Positions 13,829-27,067 of a stretch of DNA of 64,000 nucleotides are shown piece after piece (within the stretch, counting starts at the first letter, position 1; each line of letters starts with the position of its first letter). The notes beneath the pieces are model-generated. The model was not told the origin of the DNA. It was given only the letters and a program-made list of their open reading frames with translations, and did no database searches. The stretch comes from Paraphysomonas bandaiensis (Eukaryota > Protista > Chrysophyceae): positions 285,973 to 349,972 of the forward strand of contig CBFFRP010000141.1 of NCBI GenBank assembly GCA_965644295.1, given 5' to 3'. The translations under genes and the position numbers were made by a program.

Positions 13829-14683
13829 TTGGAAGTCGTGGTGTAAGTAATAACGCTATTTATTATTATTGAGAACGTGTAGCTATTCTTCTATATACTT
13901 GTTTAAATACAATCCTATTAGAATTGGACATTACACTGAAGTTGACCTTGCTCTTCAAGTAAACCTTACACTTGATTTGCTCATGCAACGCACTTTCAAG
14001 AAATATTATACTTATCAACCTTAACACTTCACAACATAATCATGCCACACGTTCTGAACATCTGCTCTCAGAAACAGCTGTTTATCATTCGTTCACCAGT
14101 CAATCCTATATCTTATATAGTCATATAATCATATATCATTAACTGAATTGACTTTCTTTGAAACTATGTTCACCCCGTTCCAACATGAGTTGAATTCACT
14201 TTTGAACTCTATTTGCACTATATATATCGTATCATACAGCAACACCTAACATACAAGAAGCGCAGTTTGTTGTTGTCACTGCGACAATGACACGAAATAT
14301 TGCTTTTGCTTGATGTAATACAACGTGGAAATCGAGGAGTAAAGGCTATTTATCGTTTCCAACTTCTAACCATACACCAAATTGAATAAACACAGGAGAA
14401 ATGCAGACACACAAACTGGATAACTGCACAGAGCATCTGCTAAAACAAAATTGTAAAGTTGACAATAAAATATAAAATGTATTAACTTTCATAACGCCAA
14501 ACAAAAAGAACCGCAGAATAGTGGTGCTATATCTACATCTCTACATCTATATTCATTTCTCCTATGTTTAATCGATCGTACAAATACCTATATTTACTAC
14601 GAGCAAACATAACTTATGACACCTCACAAATGACATGCCAGACTTCAAAAATTGCGTAGCTTAAAGCACGCATCGCACTAAAA

Positions 14684-16070
14684 CTACAGTATATTGCATG
14701 CGGCAAGTCCTTTCGCGTAGCACCTGCGTAGCCGATTCTCCTTAATCCACCTGATTTCTCGTCTAGTGATAGGATCCCAAGTCCGAATTTCCTTGCGATT
14801 AAAGTTGAAGACAGCCCCAAAAAAATGTCGCCCGTCTGTTGTTTGGGGTAGATCATTTTCCGGGGATACGCCAAACCTATTGTCCAACCGTTCTAAGTTA
14901 GTACAATTCGATGCAATAAGCTGAAGTAAATGGCAGAGGACAATTAAGCACTTGTGCGAATACTCACAAGACAATCAACAAGCGTCTCATATCATCCGGT
15001 GGAAGTTTCTTTTTATCAATGAGACCCATCTCTTCGAGCTGCACACCCCACTCTCGCAGCTGATGTAGAGGTAGGCCATATGTCAACCACGGGTTGTGTG
15101 TATACACCTCCCTTGCCTCACCGACAAAGTCGTCTAGGACATCCATCTCTAATTCTAATTCGTTATCAATATTATTCCAGTAGTTTACAACTTGCACATC
15201 ATCCGTGCAAAGCTTGATCACTATCCACACTGGTAACTCCTGCGACAACAAAAACAAATATGAGCAGGAAAAGTGGACGAATCTGTTATTGCAGCGAAAC
15301 AACTGGGCAGAAGTGACTGAAATAATATCATTCAAATACTCATCCTCTTGTACCTGTAATGGACGCAAGGCAGTAATGATGTCACCATCGCTTGACTCGC
15401 CATCCGTGGCGATCACTACGACTGCTTTCTGGTCCTGCTGTCTCAAAGTAGGCTCCATATCTCGAATTTGTCCAGTTATTTCACGTATATGTCGACACAG
15501 TGGTGTAGCTCCACTCGGACTCTGAAAAACAAATTTGTTATCAACCTGTAACATGAAAGGAGAAGGAATATACTTGGTCCAATAAGGCCCGGAACATTTT
15601 GTAATTTGCACCATTGTCGTTTTTCCTTCCGACAACTATAGGATGAGATCCATTGAGCAAGCGAAACTCTGTCGGCGCACCCAGTTTTTCAGCAAGTGTG
15701 GCATGGAATCGCAACGAATCCGCTAACTCAACCCATCTTGAGCATGGTACAGACCTCACCCTACCGTTAGGCGCTGTGATATTATGATGCCCATCCGAAG
15801 CTGCCATCGAGCCTGCAAAGGTGTTAGTTGTATGCATCCACTGAACACCAACCCACCAGAATCGTCAACCAGAATGAACCGTACAGGATACTTCATAGCA
15901 CTTTTAATTGCAACACTTTGAAGTCCTTGTGGCCATTTGTTTTCTGTTAAGAATCTAGTGACCTCTGCATGACCGTTATCGCTGAAGGGAGGAGGGGGAT
16001 AACGGCTCATTGCTATAGATGGATTGCTCTCTGGAGGGGGAGGCAAATGCCCCTGCTCACTGCCATGCAT
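14684..16070 (-). CDS. vWA (MIDAS) domain protein with Pro-rich N-terminus and C-terminal CaaX motif
   Basis: After splicing: FILVDDSGSM (DxSxS), GATPL, VVVIATDGE, LDDFVGEAREV...NPWLTYG. The last exon ends CNIL-stop. The start is uncertain. Confidence 0.8.
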
Positions 16071-17042
16071 AGTATATGTATATCCTACAAGATAAATGTG
16101 TATTGAGGTAGCTTTATATACTATACAGTTAATAGATGAGGATCACCTGTGCGCTATGTGTGTATCCTCTGCTCACTGCTGTACTGCAATACATACAGAG
16201 TATACCTCTATACCTGTATAGCGTATAGCTGTATTGAACTGCGTACATATATATATATAGGTATACGGTATACACGCATACAGTGTATGTAGGAATTCCA
16301 AGTCGTATTCTTTCTATATAAACTACAACTACGACTACAGATTGGAATTCTATACAGAAATACACTGTACAGCATATGTATTCTGCAATAATACCATACG
16401 ATAATACCCACAAGATATCCGTCCACTATATATGGGCGGCTGTCCATCATATCATATCTTTGCATTGCATGCTACAATGTAACCATATCTGTGGATATCT
16501 GAAGATCACGAAGAGTATTATCGTGGACAATATCAACATAGCCTGCCCTAATCTAGGGATTCAATCCATTTGAGTTACACAGTTGCGCTATGAGGTCAAG
16601 ATCCAAGCACAAGTGAATCATGTTGAATATCATGATATCCGTGTTCTGATTTTGATTCCAATTAATCTAACCCGGAGTCAGTCCTTGCAATGCTAATAAA
16701 ATATTACAAGAGATCTATCGCACCAAGACGAGTGCATATTTCTGCACGACTATTAATGTTGATATTGTAGTAGGTAGTAGGACTAGTTACTTTTTGTTTA
16801 ACGGCCCTATTCCTACATATTCTTCTAGTAGGAACGCTTACACAACAGTGTAACGACTAATTTCATTGAATGTTGCTTCCAATTTATGACTAGCTGCTTG
16901 AATTCATACTTGACTAGAAAAGATAGTTTTTGAAAGGAAATCACACTTTGAATTGTACTTAATGTCATTTATATATGTACCACACCCCATGAATTCTATC
17001 GTACAAGGCGAATAGTAAAACGATTTGCACGAATAAATTTTA

Positions 17043-18321
17043 TTATACATCACTGTTAGCCTCGTAAAAATGATCTTGAAACAACTGTATATCCGGGGCT
17101 AACTGCTTTCTTGATGCGCCCGTCGAACCCTGGTGATAAACTATGCAGCTCATGTCCATTCCAAAAAGCTGCTCAGCTTTTATCTGATCATCGTTCATTA
17201 TCGTTAAGTCGAAGCGGCAGTTTCCTTCACGACAGAGAAATTCGTGAAGGGATTGAGTGTAGTGCCTGGAAGGTGAACACACGAGTATTTCTCTCCTGCG
17301 TTGCGGGTGATGAACAAACGACATTACCACCATGCTATCCATACTGAAGTCACGAATCATGTTTCTTATCGCATCGCCGACCCCTTCCTTGTTCAGGAAG
17401 GCGGACACGGGCTGCAATACCGAAGATATTCCTACACAACCTTGCCCAAGTTGTCGTCCCTCCTCTTCGCTATGACAGTTTCCGCTGAAGAGCTTGAAAT
17501 CCATTCGGAGAGCATCCGAAGCGCTAAGTTCTCTCCAAAACACTGGATCCAGTTTGGCACCTCGCAATTTCTCGAAGAGATCATCACGGGAGTGGGGAGA
17601 AATCTCAGAAAGAGCACACAAAATACGAGAGTCACGCTCTGTTCCAATTCCGGCCACGGGGTCCATATTTATAGTACTTAGGACATGAGTAAAGGTTAGC
17701 AGGTAATAGATATATACTACAAACTTACTCAAGAGTAATAACTCCCATTAGAAGCGTTGCAATATCTTGAGTCAGCAGGTCACTTGATTGCACATTCTCC
17801 ATCACTTTATAGTACTCCTCTGCAACTAAAGTGCATGTTGATCCTGATGAAGCTTTTTGAGTTGAAGCATCGAAGGCAATATTGCGACACTCTGAGGGTA
17901 TCCATGAGTAATGTCCCTTGTCAATGTGATGATCAATAATTTCCACCACATTAGCACCATATTTCGCATGTAAATGGGGAGGCAAGTCGTTATGATCAGC
18001 AAGCGTCAACGCCAGGAGGCCTCTCTGAGATAATTCTTCCAGTGGGCACTCCTCAAGGCAGATAATTTCAGCGAGTGATAAATTCACTGTTTGAAGAAGA
18101 ATCTGCACCTCCCGACGAAAGTGCACATCAGAGCGCAGTATGGATGCAGCAGGTACATATGCTATATTCGAATTAGTGGATTTACATGACATTAAATATG
18201 CATAGCAGAGAGATGAGATAATGGAGTCAGCATCGCATGCTTGATTCCCCATGACGATGTTGACTTTAACATCGCCCACATTTCTTAATATAGATTTACA
18301 AGATTGCAAATATTTTAACAT
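17043..18321 (-). CDS. PRUNE: PRUNE/PPX1-like DHH-family exopolyphosphatase
   Basis: GNQACDADSIIS, LADHN, IIDHH, GSTCTLV, LD|TINM, DALRMDFK, SRKQLAP. One intron at ~17678-17728. Confidence 0.88.
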
Positions 18322-18859
18322 TATTTCATTAATCACTTATACACATATCACTATTAACAATCCATATCAATTCTAATAAGACATTAAAGTAGTGTTGTGT
18401 TGCTGGAGATGCATCCATATCATGCCATATCATGATAGGCGATCATACCACAGCAGTGTCCACAGCAATACTGCTGCTGCTGTCTAGTATTATCTAGCTC
18501 CATCCGTTAGGTTTACACCGGGGATGTGGCCCGGATAGACATCCGTTAACACCCGTCTCTATGTATGTTGTACTGCTGTGTGTACGTATGTACACACACT
18601 GCTATGATATGACAGTTAGGTACGACATACTCTGTATGACTGGGGCGTATACTCTGCTCAACACACATACACATATATATACACTAGCATTGATGGATCT
18701 TACATGCAAAGATCTGTATATGTATATGTTAGTATAAACTATCAGCCATCTATTCACTCCTAACACAATATTTATAATCACCCTGACAATCTCTATTATG
18801 TTTTTCATTCTGATTTCCATCTATCAACTGATGATATAAACTCTACTTTCACAGTCCCA

Positions 18860-19919
18860 ATGGATTTTTTCTTTGTTATTGGTATCACTGGTATTGGTAT
18901 ATATGCAACATTATTTCTATACTGTGTATTTCAAATTGCACTATTTATTCGCGCTATAAACAAGGACTATCAGTTCTTGATTCATAAACTTTCCTTTCAT
19001 GTCATGTATGGTGTGTACTCCCTATTGGAATGCTTATACTTTGTGAGCCTTTTTGTATACGATTACTACGTTCGATGGGGTACAGCGATTCATTTAATGG
19101 CTTTATACTGGAACTTGTTAGCATTTGTGACGGTATTTGTCTTAGAAATGTGTATCCACTGTTTCATTCGTGAATGTTTAGATAATAATGCTATGGAGTG
19201 TCACAACATATCACGGAAGAATATCAAAAACCCAACGATATGTGGGACGCATATTTTTGGGATTCAATTTAGTATCAACAATTGCGGATATTATTTTATG
19301 GTGTATGTATTCTGAAATTTGATTGCTTTATATCAATATTGTTTGGCTAGGTATTACTCTTGATGAGAATAATTCGCTGAATCCCTTACGATCGACTTTG
19401 ACTCTAATTTACGTTTTTTCGCTACTAATGTTATCATTGGGGTTGTACGTTCATGGTTACCGTCTGAAGTTGAAGTTGAGGCTCTCTATACCTCGCGGAA
19501 GCCCCGACGCGGCGACCATTAAAGCCAAGATGGAAGCAGTATATCAGCGAATAAATGCTGTTTTGATTGTGTGCATATTGTGCTATGGTCTGCGAGCTAT
19601 TCTTATACTAGTTCTAGTGTGCGACCGTGCAGCTCTGTATGATATTCCCCTGTTGGTGTGGTTTGTTCTGACCGCATTTATCCCCACAATCGGCCCGGTA
19701 TGTGGTACGATCTTATGCTATGAAATTCCTAATTGCTGTTTTCAGGGAATCACATTTCTCTATATTATGCGCTATCAGCCCGAGCATTGTAGTCCCAGTA
19801 GTAACGAAGACAGTGTTGATGTCATAAAATCTCCTTTGGGTCAGGCCGAGGAAGGGTCTGAAACGATTCCGTCTATTGTAGTTATGGGAGACATGCACAG
19901 CAATAGCAGCCCCAGCTAA
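18860..19919 (+). CDS. Multi-pass (~7TM) membrane protein, THH1/TOM1/GPR137-like
   Basis: Successive hydrophobic helices across short introns, with GLYVHGYRL and RINAVLIVCILCYGLRA, the pattern of TOM1/GPR137 C-terminal helices. Confidence 0.6.
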
Positions 19920-20452
19920 CTCTGACGGATTAGGTGTTCATAGCATTCATTTTGTTATCGATGAAAGAACTACACATATTATTTAGTATATTAAAGTATC
20001 TTTGTTTTTCGTTGATGATAACACCAATTCAGCAACAATGAACAAATATATCGCATCATTTTTGTAGCTCGCAACTGTCGGAGCATTCATTATCCACAGT
20101 GCATATGTGCATATTATTAAATCCTGTTTACTTTCTCCATAGTGGAATGAGTTGGCGTACTGAATTTCTATGCTTACGTGTTTAGTAAAAGTAGTTTAAG
20201 TTTTAAGTAACATGTGTTGGCGTAGTTTCTGTTCATTTTCGTCTGGTGGCGGTGGTACCAGATTAAAAGCACATTGAAATAGTGAGCTAATCCGCTTGGC
20301 ACATTACTTACTTTCAGCATATCAAGTTGTTGTAAATAATTTAAAATTGTTATTTAGAGATTCTATTATGATGGCAATACTTATTCTTTTAGATAATGGT
20401 CATTATTGAACTAGATCTCAGAGAGAAATTGTAGCTAGACTAGATAGATTAA

Positions 20453-21590
20453 TTAATCTCGTTTACACGAATTATAACAAACAACTACTACTAAACCGAG
20501 AGAATAACCCCACTGCTTAGGCCAGATCAGGTCTCGTATGTATTGCCAGATGCAATACTGCTCCAATAATTCGCCTATACTGAAGTGATTCGACCCACTG
20601 CGTCTGCTCCTCCGTGAGCTCACGTTCCTCTGCCAATAGATCCTTGTTCTTACACTACCCTTTCCCATAACTGAGCTGAATTTCTTAATAATATTCTTTG
20701 CATACTCGGATTGGTCCAACATATACCTGCTGTCGCCTCTGGTTATCCTGATATTCAGAAACCGCTGACACTCACCCAGATCATGCATTTCAAGGTTTTC
20801 ACTGAACCTACGCTTAACACTTTCCAAGTAGTTAAGGTTAAGGTCAGCAGATGCAAGTATAATATCATCCACATATTATATATTTACAATAAATGCAGCT
20901 TTCCATTACTCCATCTCATATACAAACATGTGTTCAAGATACATGCAGTGAAATGCATTTATCGATGTGTTTGTTCCACTGCCTTGGTAAAGACCTCAAT
21001 CAATATACATATATTATATATATTACAATATTTGCCAAAATATCTCGCTTCACTGGGTGCACATTTTGGAAAGGTTATATTCGGCGGAAGCAGTTGCAGC
21101 GTAAGTGCAAAGGCATCTGTATTGATTTTTTTCAGTTGATAAAGGCACTATAAGGATTGAGGTCTTTACCAAGGCAGTGGAACAAACACATTGATAAATT
21201 TATCAAATCGTTGCATTTCACTGCATGTATCTTGGACACATGTATATTATGTATACATAATAGATTCAGTGAGAGTGAGTTCGATTTACATGTGTTCAGT
21301 AATTCAGACTGGGCTGGTGATAGGATGCCTCGGCGGTCCACAACGGGATACATTTTATTTTTATGTGCAAGGTGATACTGGTGTGGCTTGAGGGGGTGTC
21401 CAAGGATCCCGGACTCCTAGTAGCGAAGTTGACACCATTCTTTATGAACAGCAAGAGTGCAAGGATCTCTCCGAGAGTCCTGTCCATCAATAGAGGTAGA
21501 AGTACATTAACATCAAGTATCACTGGGTGAGAGAGCTAGTTAATGGAAAATTTCCTACATCATAGTTGATTCATGTGTCCTCGCTGAAGC
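20453..21590. mobile_element. Ty1/Copia LTR-retrotransposon RT-RNase H relics, two fragments head-to-head
   Basis: Minus strand: (Y)VDDIILASA...MHDLGECQRFLNIRITR...LDQSEY. Plus strand: KAL*GLRSLPRQWNKHID, FSNSDWAGDRMPRRSTTGY, and PVH...KYINIKYHWVRE. Frameshifts and stops present. Confidence 0.88.
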
Positions 21591-21808
21591 GATAGATTAG
21601 AATATAATCCGTATTCTAATACATTCACGTCTCAGTCAGCACCGACTATTGATTACAATACACTACAATTTTATTGTACTGTACGTCAGCACTGTGTCAA
21701 CACATATACAGTGTTAATAGAACTTCAAACTAGGCAAAATACGTCCTGCAAGAATGCAATACAATTATAGGGTTTCCTAACTCAAGCGTATACAACATAC
21801 ATAATATA

Positions 21809-22905
21809 TTACTCAGGTGGTATAATGTCAGATAACAACAATTGAACATTCGAAAGAGCGATAATTCGTTTCAAATCATCGACACTCTCTAAGTATTCTA
21901 CAAATTTTGACAGCCAGTATCTGACAAAACTACAGTCAACATCACACATATCGCTCCCGTCATTAGCTCTTGCTCTACATACTATCTCCGACTTCATAGA
22001 CGAAATCAGTTTAGAAATCCGTTTCTTCTCTCCTTTTTCAGTGTAGAAAAAGCCTGACTCTTGTAATACCGCAGAAACGATCTAATAAAAGTAAATTAGA
22101 GTATTAAAGTGAGAGCGTAACACATACTTGTCGTAATTTAATATCTAACGTGTGCATGTAGTTGTCATGATTAGCGCTGTGGCTCTGACTTTCTAACCGT
22201 GCTTCAAGCACTTGCTGGCGCTCCACCGCTTTAGAGCACGCAAAATCAGCTTTCTCTATAATATTATTCACATGTTCATGCAAGCTGTACAAACATTAAA
22301 AGTATCGCAGTAGAGTAGAAAAGTACCTATCCAGCGACATATCTCCACTGATGCGCACATTATCGGATTCCCATCCAACATCACTTGGCGGTTCAAACTT
22401 TGACCAAATATTGCGCATAGACTACAAGGATAATGCGTTAGTGCTCCAAAGTTCATAAAATAGTAGTACCTCATCGGTAACACGCGATGCACCTGCCCGC
22501 TCAGCATTCCGTGCACACACAACATCAAACGTTGAGTCGATGTACACAGTTAGATACCCCGCCATATGATCTCGTGCTAACTGATATATTTTACGGCGCA
22601 TACTCCTGTAAAACATAATATCGTCTATAACGATAATATCCGCATGACATGCATTCAAAGCTGATGAGATTCGTTCAATACCAGCCCTTCGAGATAATGC
22701 AAAAGATTCTTCATTCCAGGAATCTAACATGACATGAATATACAGTATATATATCTTTTATATGAAGCATACCTCTATCTATCTCATAATCATCGAATGA
22801 TATGACTTGTACTGTACGAGGAGATAAGGACAGAGCATGGGATAGGGTAGACTTTCCTGAGCCAGGAACACCGCATATGACAATTACACAACAGTTACAA
22901 GGCAT
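21809..22905 (-). CDS. PSTK: L-seryl-tRNA(Sec) kinase
   Basis: P-loop VICGVPGSGKSTL, VIDDIMFYRSMRRKIYQLARD, RNAER and a C-terminal HTLDIKLRQ helix. Several short introns. Confidence 0.8.
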
Positions 22906-23023
22906 ATGAATAGAATAAAAGATGAGAGAAAAGTATTCACGGCATGTTAATGTGTCTATCTATCAGTGTTGAGGGTTGTATCTATGTGTTATTATATGCA
23001 TATCATACCATTGCATTCATATA

Positions 23024-24449
23024 CAGTCAGTTCTCGATATCGTCAATGAGGTATGGTAAAAATGTCCGTTATGGGAAAAGAAATAGGCTTGGTACAGGGT
23101 TTTTAAGATAAAACCCCCGATTTTATATAAAACTACAGTTTTTTAATAAAAATCCCTTATTTTGCGTGATTTTTGTAAAAGTGATTATAGAAGTTAGCAA
23201 TATATTGGATACTGTATATGTGCAGAGAGTATGCAACAGAGAGAGTATCATGAACACATTCATAATATATACTCACATTGTTGTACGTAACGATGTCAGT
23301 TGAATGCAGCATCGGTACCAAGCGCAAGAAATCTTTGAGTACTTTCTCGGATGTGCAGAAATGTAACTTCGTGAAAGAATATAAAGAGGGTCATTTCAAA
23401 ACCCTCAACCAATTCGTTGCATACAAGAAGAACATATTCAGCTGTTCAGCATTATGCAAATGGATTAAAGCCAGTGATAATGGGACATTGAAGATTGAAA
23501 CTTGCACAGGCCGCAAGAAGCAACGGAAGGGTTTATTTCCTGAGGTGGAGAAGAAAATTGTTGACTACATTAAATTTCAACCTAATGTCAACTCTGTGTA
23601 TCAAAGTTAGGGAGCTTTCCGCTGTGCCTGATATAGTTTCAGGAATTACTGAGATGAGTTCGTTTACTGCCGAACAGCGAGCAAGCGCAGTGGAATTATG
23701 GTGTAATGTGGAAAATGATCCATTGGTTGTCGAAACTGAAATTGAGGAAGCCATGGAGCGATTCGAATCTTTTTCTATTTCTCCGCAAATACCGATGGTG
23801 GATGATCATTGTCAAACTGATACAAATATTGACCCTGCAACTTCATCTAAGGTAACTTTGAATCAATTCAATGATGCCATGCGTGTTGTATATGACTTTA
23901 CTATGGGAAGTAGTGATGAGGATGCTGATGCTTTGCACTACACGTTTGTTAAGGCCGCTTCTGAAGTTACTAAACGTTACTTAGAGAAGCGCAAAAGGTC
24001 TTCGTCACAACGAACAATACAGCACTTTTTCTCGGTGCAGAGATCTAATTCTACACTATAGCAGCGTTATGTAGTAACTATGTTATACAGCTGTCCTGTG
24101 TCGTTAAGACAACGTATTTTTATCATGTAATAACAAGGCTTTCCACATAATTAATCTGTAGTGCCGTAATAGAAAGTTTTTCAGCCTTAAACACAGTATC
24201 CTGCTAAATTCAATTGTGATATATAGAATTTTTACCATAGACTTAGGGTTTTTTAGTATAAAACCGTGGTTTTAATATCCAAAAACTGAGTTTTATGCAA
24301 AATATCTGAATTTTTAAACAAAAACTGGCTTTTTATAAATAAACCTGTTTTTTTAAAATAAAACCCGGGGTTTTTTTATGGGAAAAATATCCGTTATTGG
24401 AAATTGTAACCCTATGGTACAATCCATTGACGATATCGAGAACTGACTG
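23024..24449 (+). mobile_element. pogo/Tigger-like Tc1-mariner DNA transposon, internally deleted (non-autonomous), 1426 bp
   Basis: Perfect 25-bp TIRs CAGTCAGTTCTCGATATCGTCAATG (23024-23048 and 24425-24449), each flanked by TA. The internal ORF has an HTH/CENP-B-like start (RKKQRKGLFPEVEKKIVDYI) joined to a C-terminal SQRTIQHFF tail. No DDD catalytic domain. Confidence 0.92.
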
Positions 24450-24991
24450 TACTATCATCCCGTATATACAGTATACATATGTACACAGCAGTACACGCGT
24501 ATTGGCATCCTTTGTGTATTTTTGTTCCAAGAAGCCTCTAATATTGAGGCAACAATTATCTGTATTATAGACGTAGTTATATAGCATTAATATAGAGGAG
24601 TTTTGATTCAATTTATTTCCGAAAAATGTGATGCTGACTGCCCATACGCGGTATAGCATATAGACATATAGACATATATATGTACAATGTACAGCAGTAG
24701 TACACCATATAGGGCAGTACTACTATGTATTCTCCTATACGTAGTGTGTGTATGTATATAGATGGAGATGTGAGCTATTATATGATTGGTTCTCGCGGAA
24801 GGGTGTGTGTCCCACAGGCGTCCTGCTGTATACATGACACCAACACAACTATCTATATGTACATGTACATACATGCATTACAATCTCTGAACTACAAAGT
24901 AATCAGAACATTCTCATATAGACAATTACTATTCTCACCTAAACTCTTCTACTCCCTCATTCTGTCCATTAGATAGCCTCTAACAGAGAAT

Positions 24992-26268
24992 ATGTCTGTG
25001 TCGTCACGCAGTGTTGATTGTTATGCAACAAAAGATTTGAATTCATGTGATTTTTTCGAAAAGTATGTGTTTACTAGACAGCCTGTGAAGTTCATTGGTC
25101 ACATTACTGACCCCAATTGGAAAGCAGAACAATGGTCGAATGAGTATTTACAACAAAAAGTTGGTGATGCCACTGTTAAAGTAGAATACAGAGATGGTAC
25201 TCACGATAGATTTGGAAAAGGAACGGAAAAAATAATGAGATTTGGTGATGTTATCGATTCTATCAAATCTGGAGATGAAAACTTGTATTTAACCACACAG
25301 AAGCTTAATTATACTATCGAAGGTCAGCCTTTTGTTCTGTCGCAGCCAATGCTAGGTCTCAGAGAAGATATACCGATAAGGCCTACGCTTATGGGCAATC
25401 TCATCACGCAGAATATCAACATGTGGATGGGTAGTACTTCCATTCCAACAACTTCTGGGCTTCACCATGACTTTCATGATAACTTGTATATAATTCTCCG
25501 AGGAACTAAAACGCTGACCTTATTTCCACCAACAGAGTACAAGAATCTATACCTTGTTGGCGATGTACTACGTTTGCATGACAACGGGCGCATAAACTAC
25601 ACTGGACAGCCTACGCGAGCTGATGGGTCGTGCATTGGCTCTGACGAGGCCATGCAAGCTGCAAAGCGTCTGGCAGAGGCCGAGAGGCGGTTAGAGAATG
25701 AGGTATTTGATATACATATAGCTGCGTGGTAGCTGACTATGTGCAGGAGTCTGGTGCTGAGAGTGATGTTGAGGAAGCCCTTCAAGCTCTGTTGGATGCA
25801 CAGACTGCAGAGAATGAAGACGATGGGCTGTGCTCGGATGATGAAGATAGTGCTGAGGAGGATGGTTTTAGTGAGTCAGAGGATGGTGACGAACAAGCGT
25901 GTAAACGTCGGCGTCGAATGTCAGGGAGCGAGAAGGATGAAGAAGAAGAAGAGGAAGCCCTCTCCTTGGATGACCCTCCAAATTTCAGTCGGGTTGATAC
26001 TTCTCTTGACGCTGACGAACTTAATCGGCTGTACCCGCTATATGTAGAGGCCAGAGATAGGGCTGCTGTCACTGTGACATTGAAAGCAGGTGAAATGCTT
26101 TACATGCCTGCAGGATGGTTTCACGAAGTGAAGTCACAAGGGCCCGCCCCATTGGGCCATATGGCCGTCAACTACTGGTTTCATCCCCCTGATGGTTCCA
26201 GTTATGAGAAGCCTTATACTAGCGAGTTTTGGGAAAATGATTGGAAGTCGAGAAATATTGAACAGTAG
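24992..26268 (+). CDS. JmjC (cupin-8 type) 2-oxoglutarate oxygenase with acidic insertion
   Basis: NINMWMG, SGLHHDFHDNLY, RGTK and LKAGEMLYMPAGWFHEV...MAVNYWF (HxD...H triad). One intron at ~25703-25746. Confidence 0.88.
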
Positions 26269-27067
26269 AAACTTAAATTTAACTATTTTATATTATGCGA
26301 TTTAAGTGTTCATCTATAGGACAACAGTTATATACCACCACAACGGACAAAATAGAACACTGTTTTCACCGGATTACTAATAATCATCTAACTATCCACT
26401 ATCCATGCGTTTATCGCTAATGAGATATACTATTAAATAAACTGTTAGCCTTTTAAATGTTCGAGCATGTGGTGTATCATGAGAAAACTTGTCTATCACT
26501 ATTCAACCTAGTCAATTAGGTTGAATTTCCTAGTCATACTATTTTCGGTGTAAAAACCTAGTCAACGCAATAAATGACTCAACTTAGCCAATTATAGTAT
26601 TAAACCTAGTCATGAATTGTACTCGCATATAGCTACGCGTTACAGGCCTATAGCTTGACATCACAGGCATATAGCTACGCATTACAGAAGCATGAGGTCA
26701 TAGCAGGTGAAGTAAACCCAATGCAACATACATCAGTCTTAGTGATGATGAAATAGGAAATAGTCATAGTAGGGATTTTTAGATTATTTTCTACTTCTAC
26801 ATTTGCTTTAACAAGTTCTTCGACTCGGGCATAGGAACATTGCAGCATATTTAGACATTTAGGAGCCACTCAGTTCTCAGTTGTGCATGTTTCACATGTT
26901 CACATATAGGACATATATATTTTTGCGAGTACTTCTTTAGAAAAAATAGACGTCGACGGCTCACACGAAGCCAGTATTATTTATCCACGTTTTACTGTGA
27001 TATACGCTATCAAATATATTCTACAGATTATGTCACACATGACTGAAGTACACCGCCGAACAAGCCA

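Noticed and set aside
16500-16620. IIVDNINIACPNL resembling RT YVDDI
   Set aside because: A single weak motif with no flanking RT similarity.
21384-21400. GGCTTGAGGGGGTGT as Copia PPT and 3' LTR start
   Set aside because: It reads as WLRG(V) within the RNase H relic, and RNase H motifs continue downstream.
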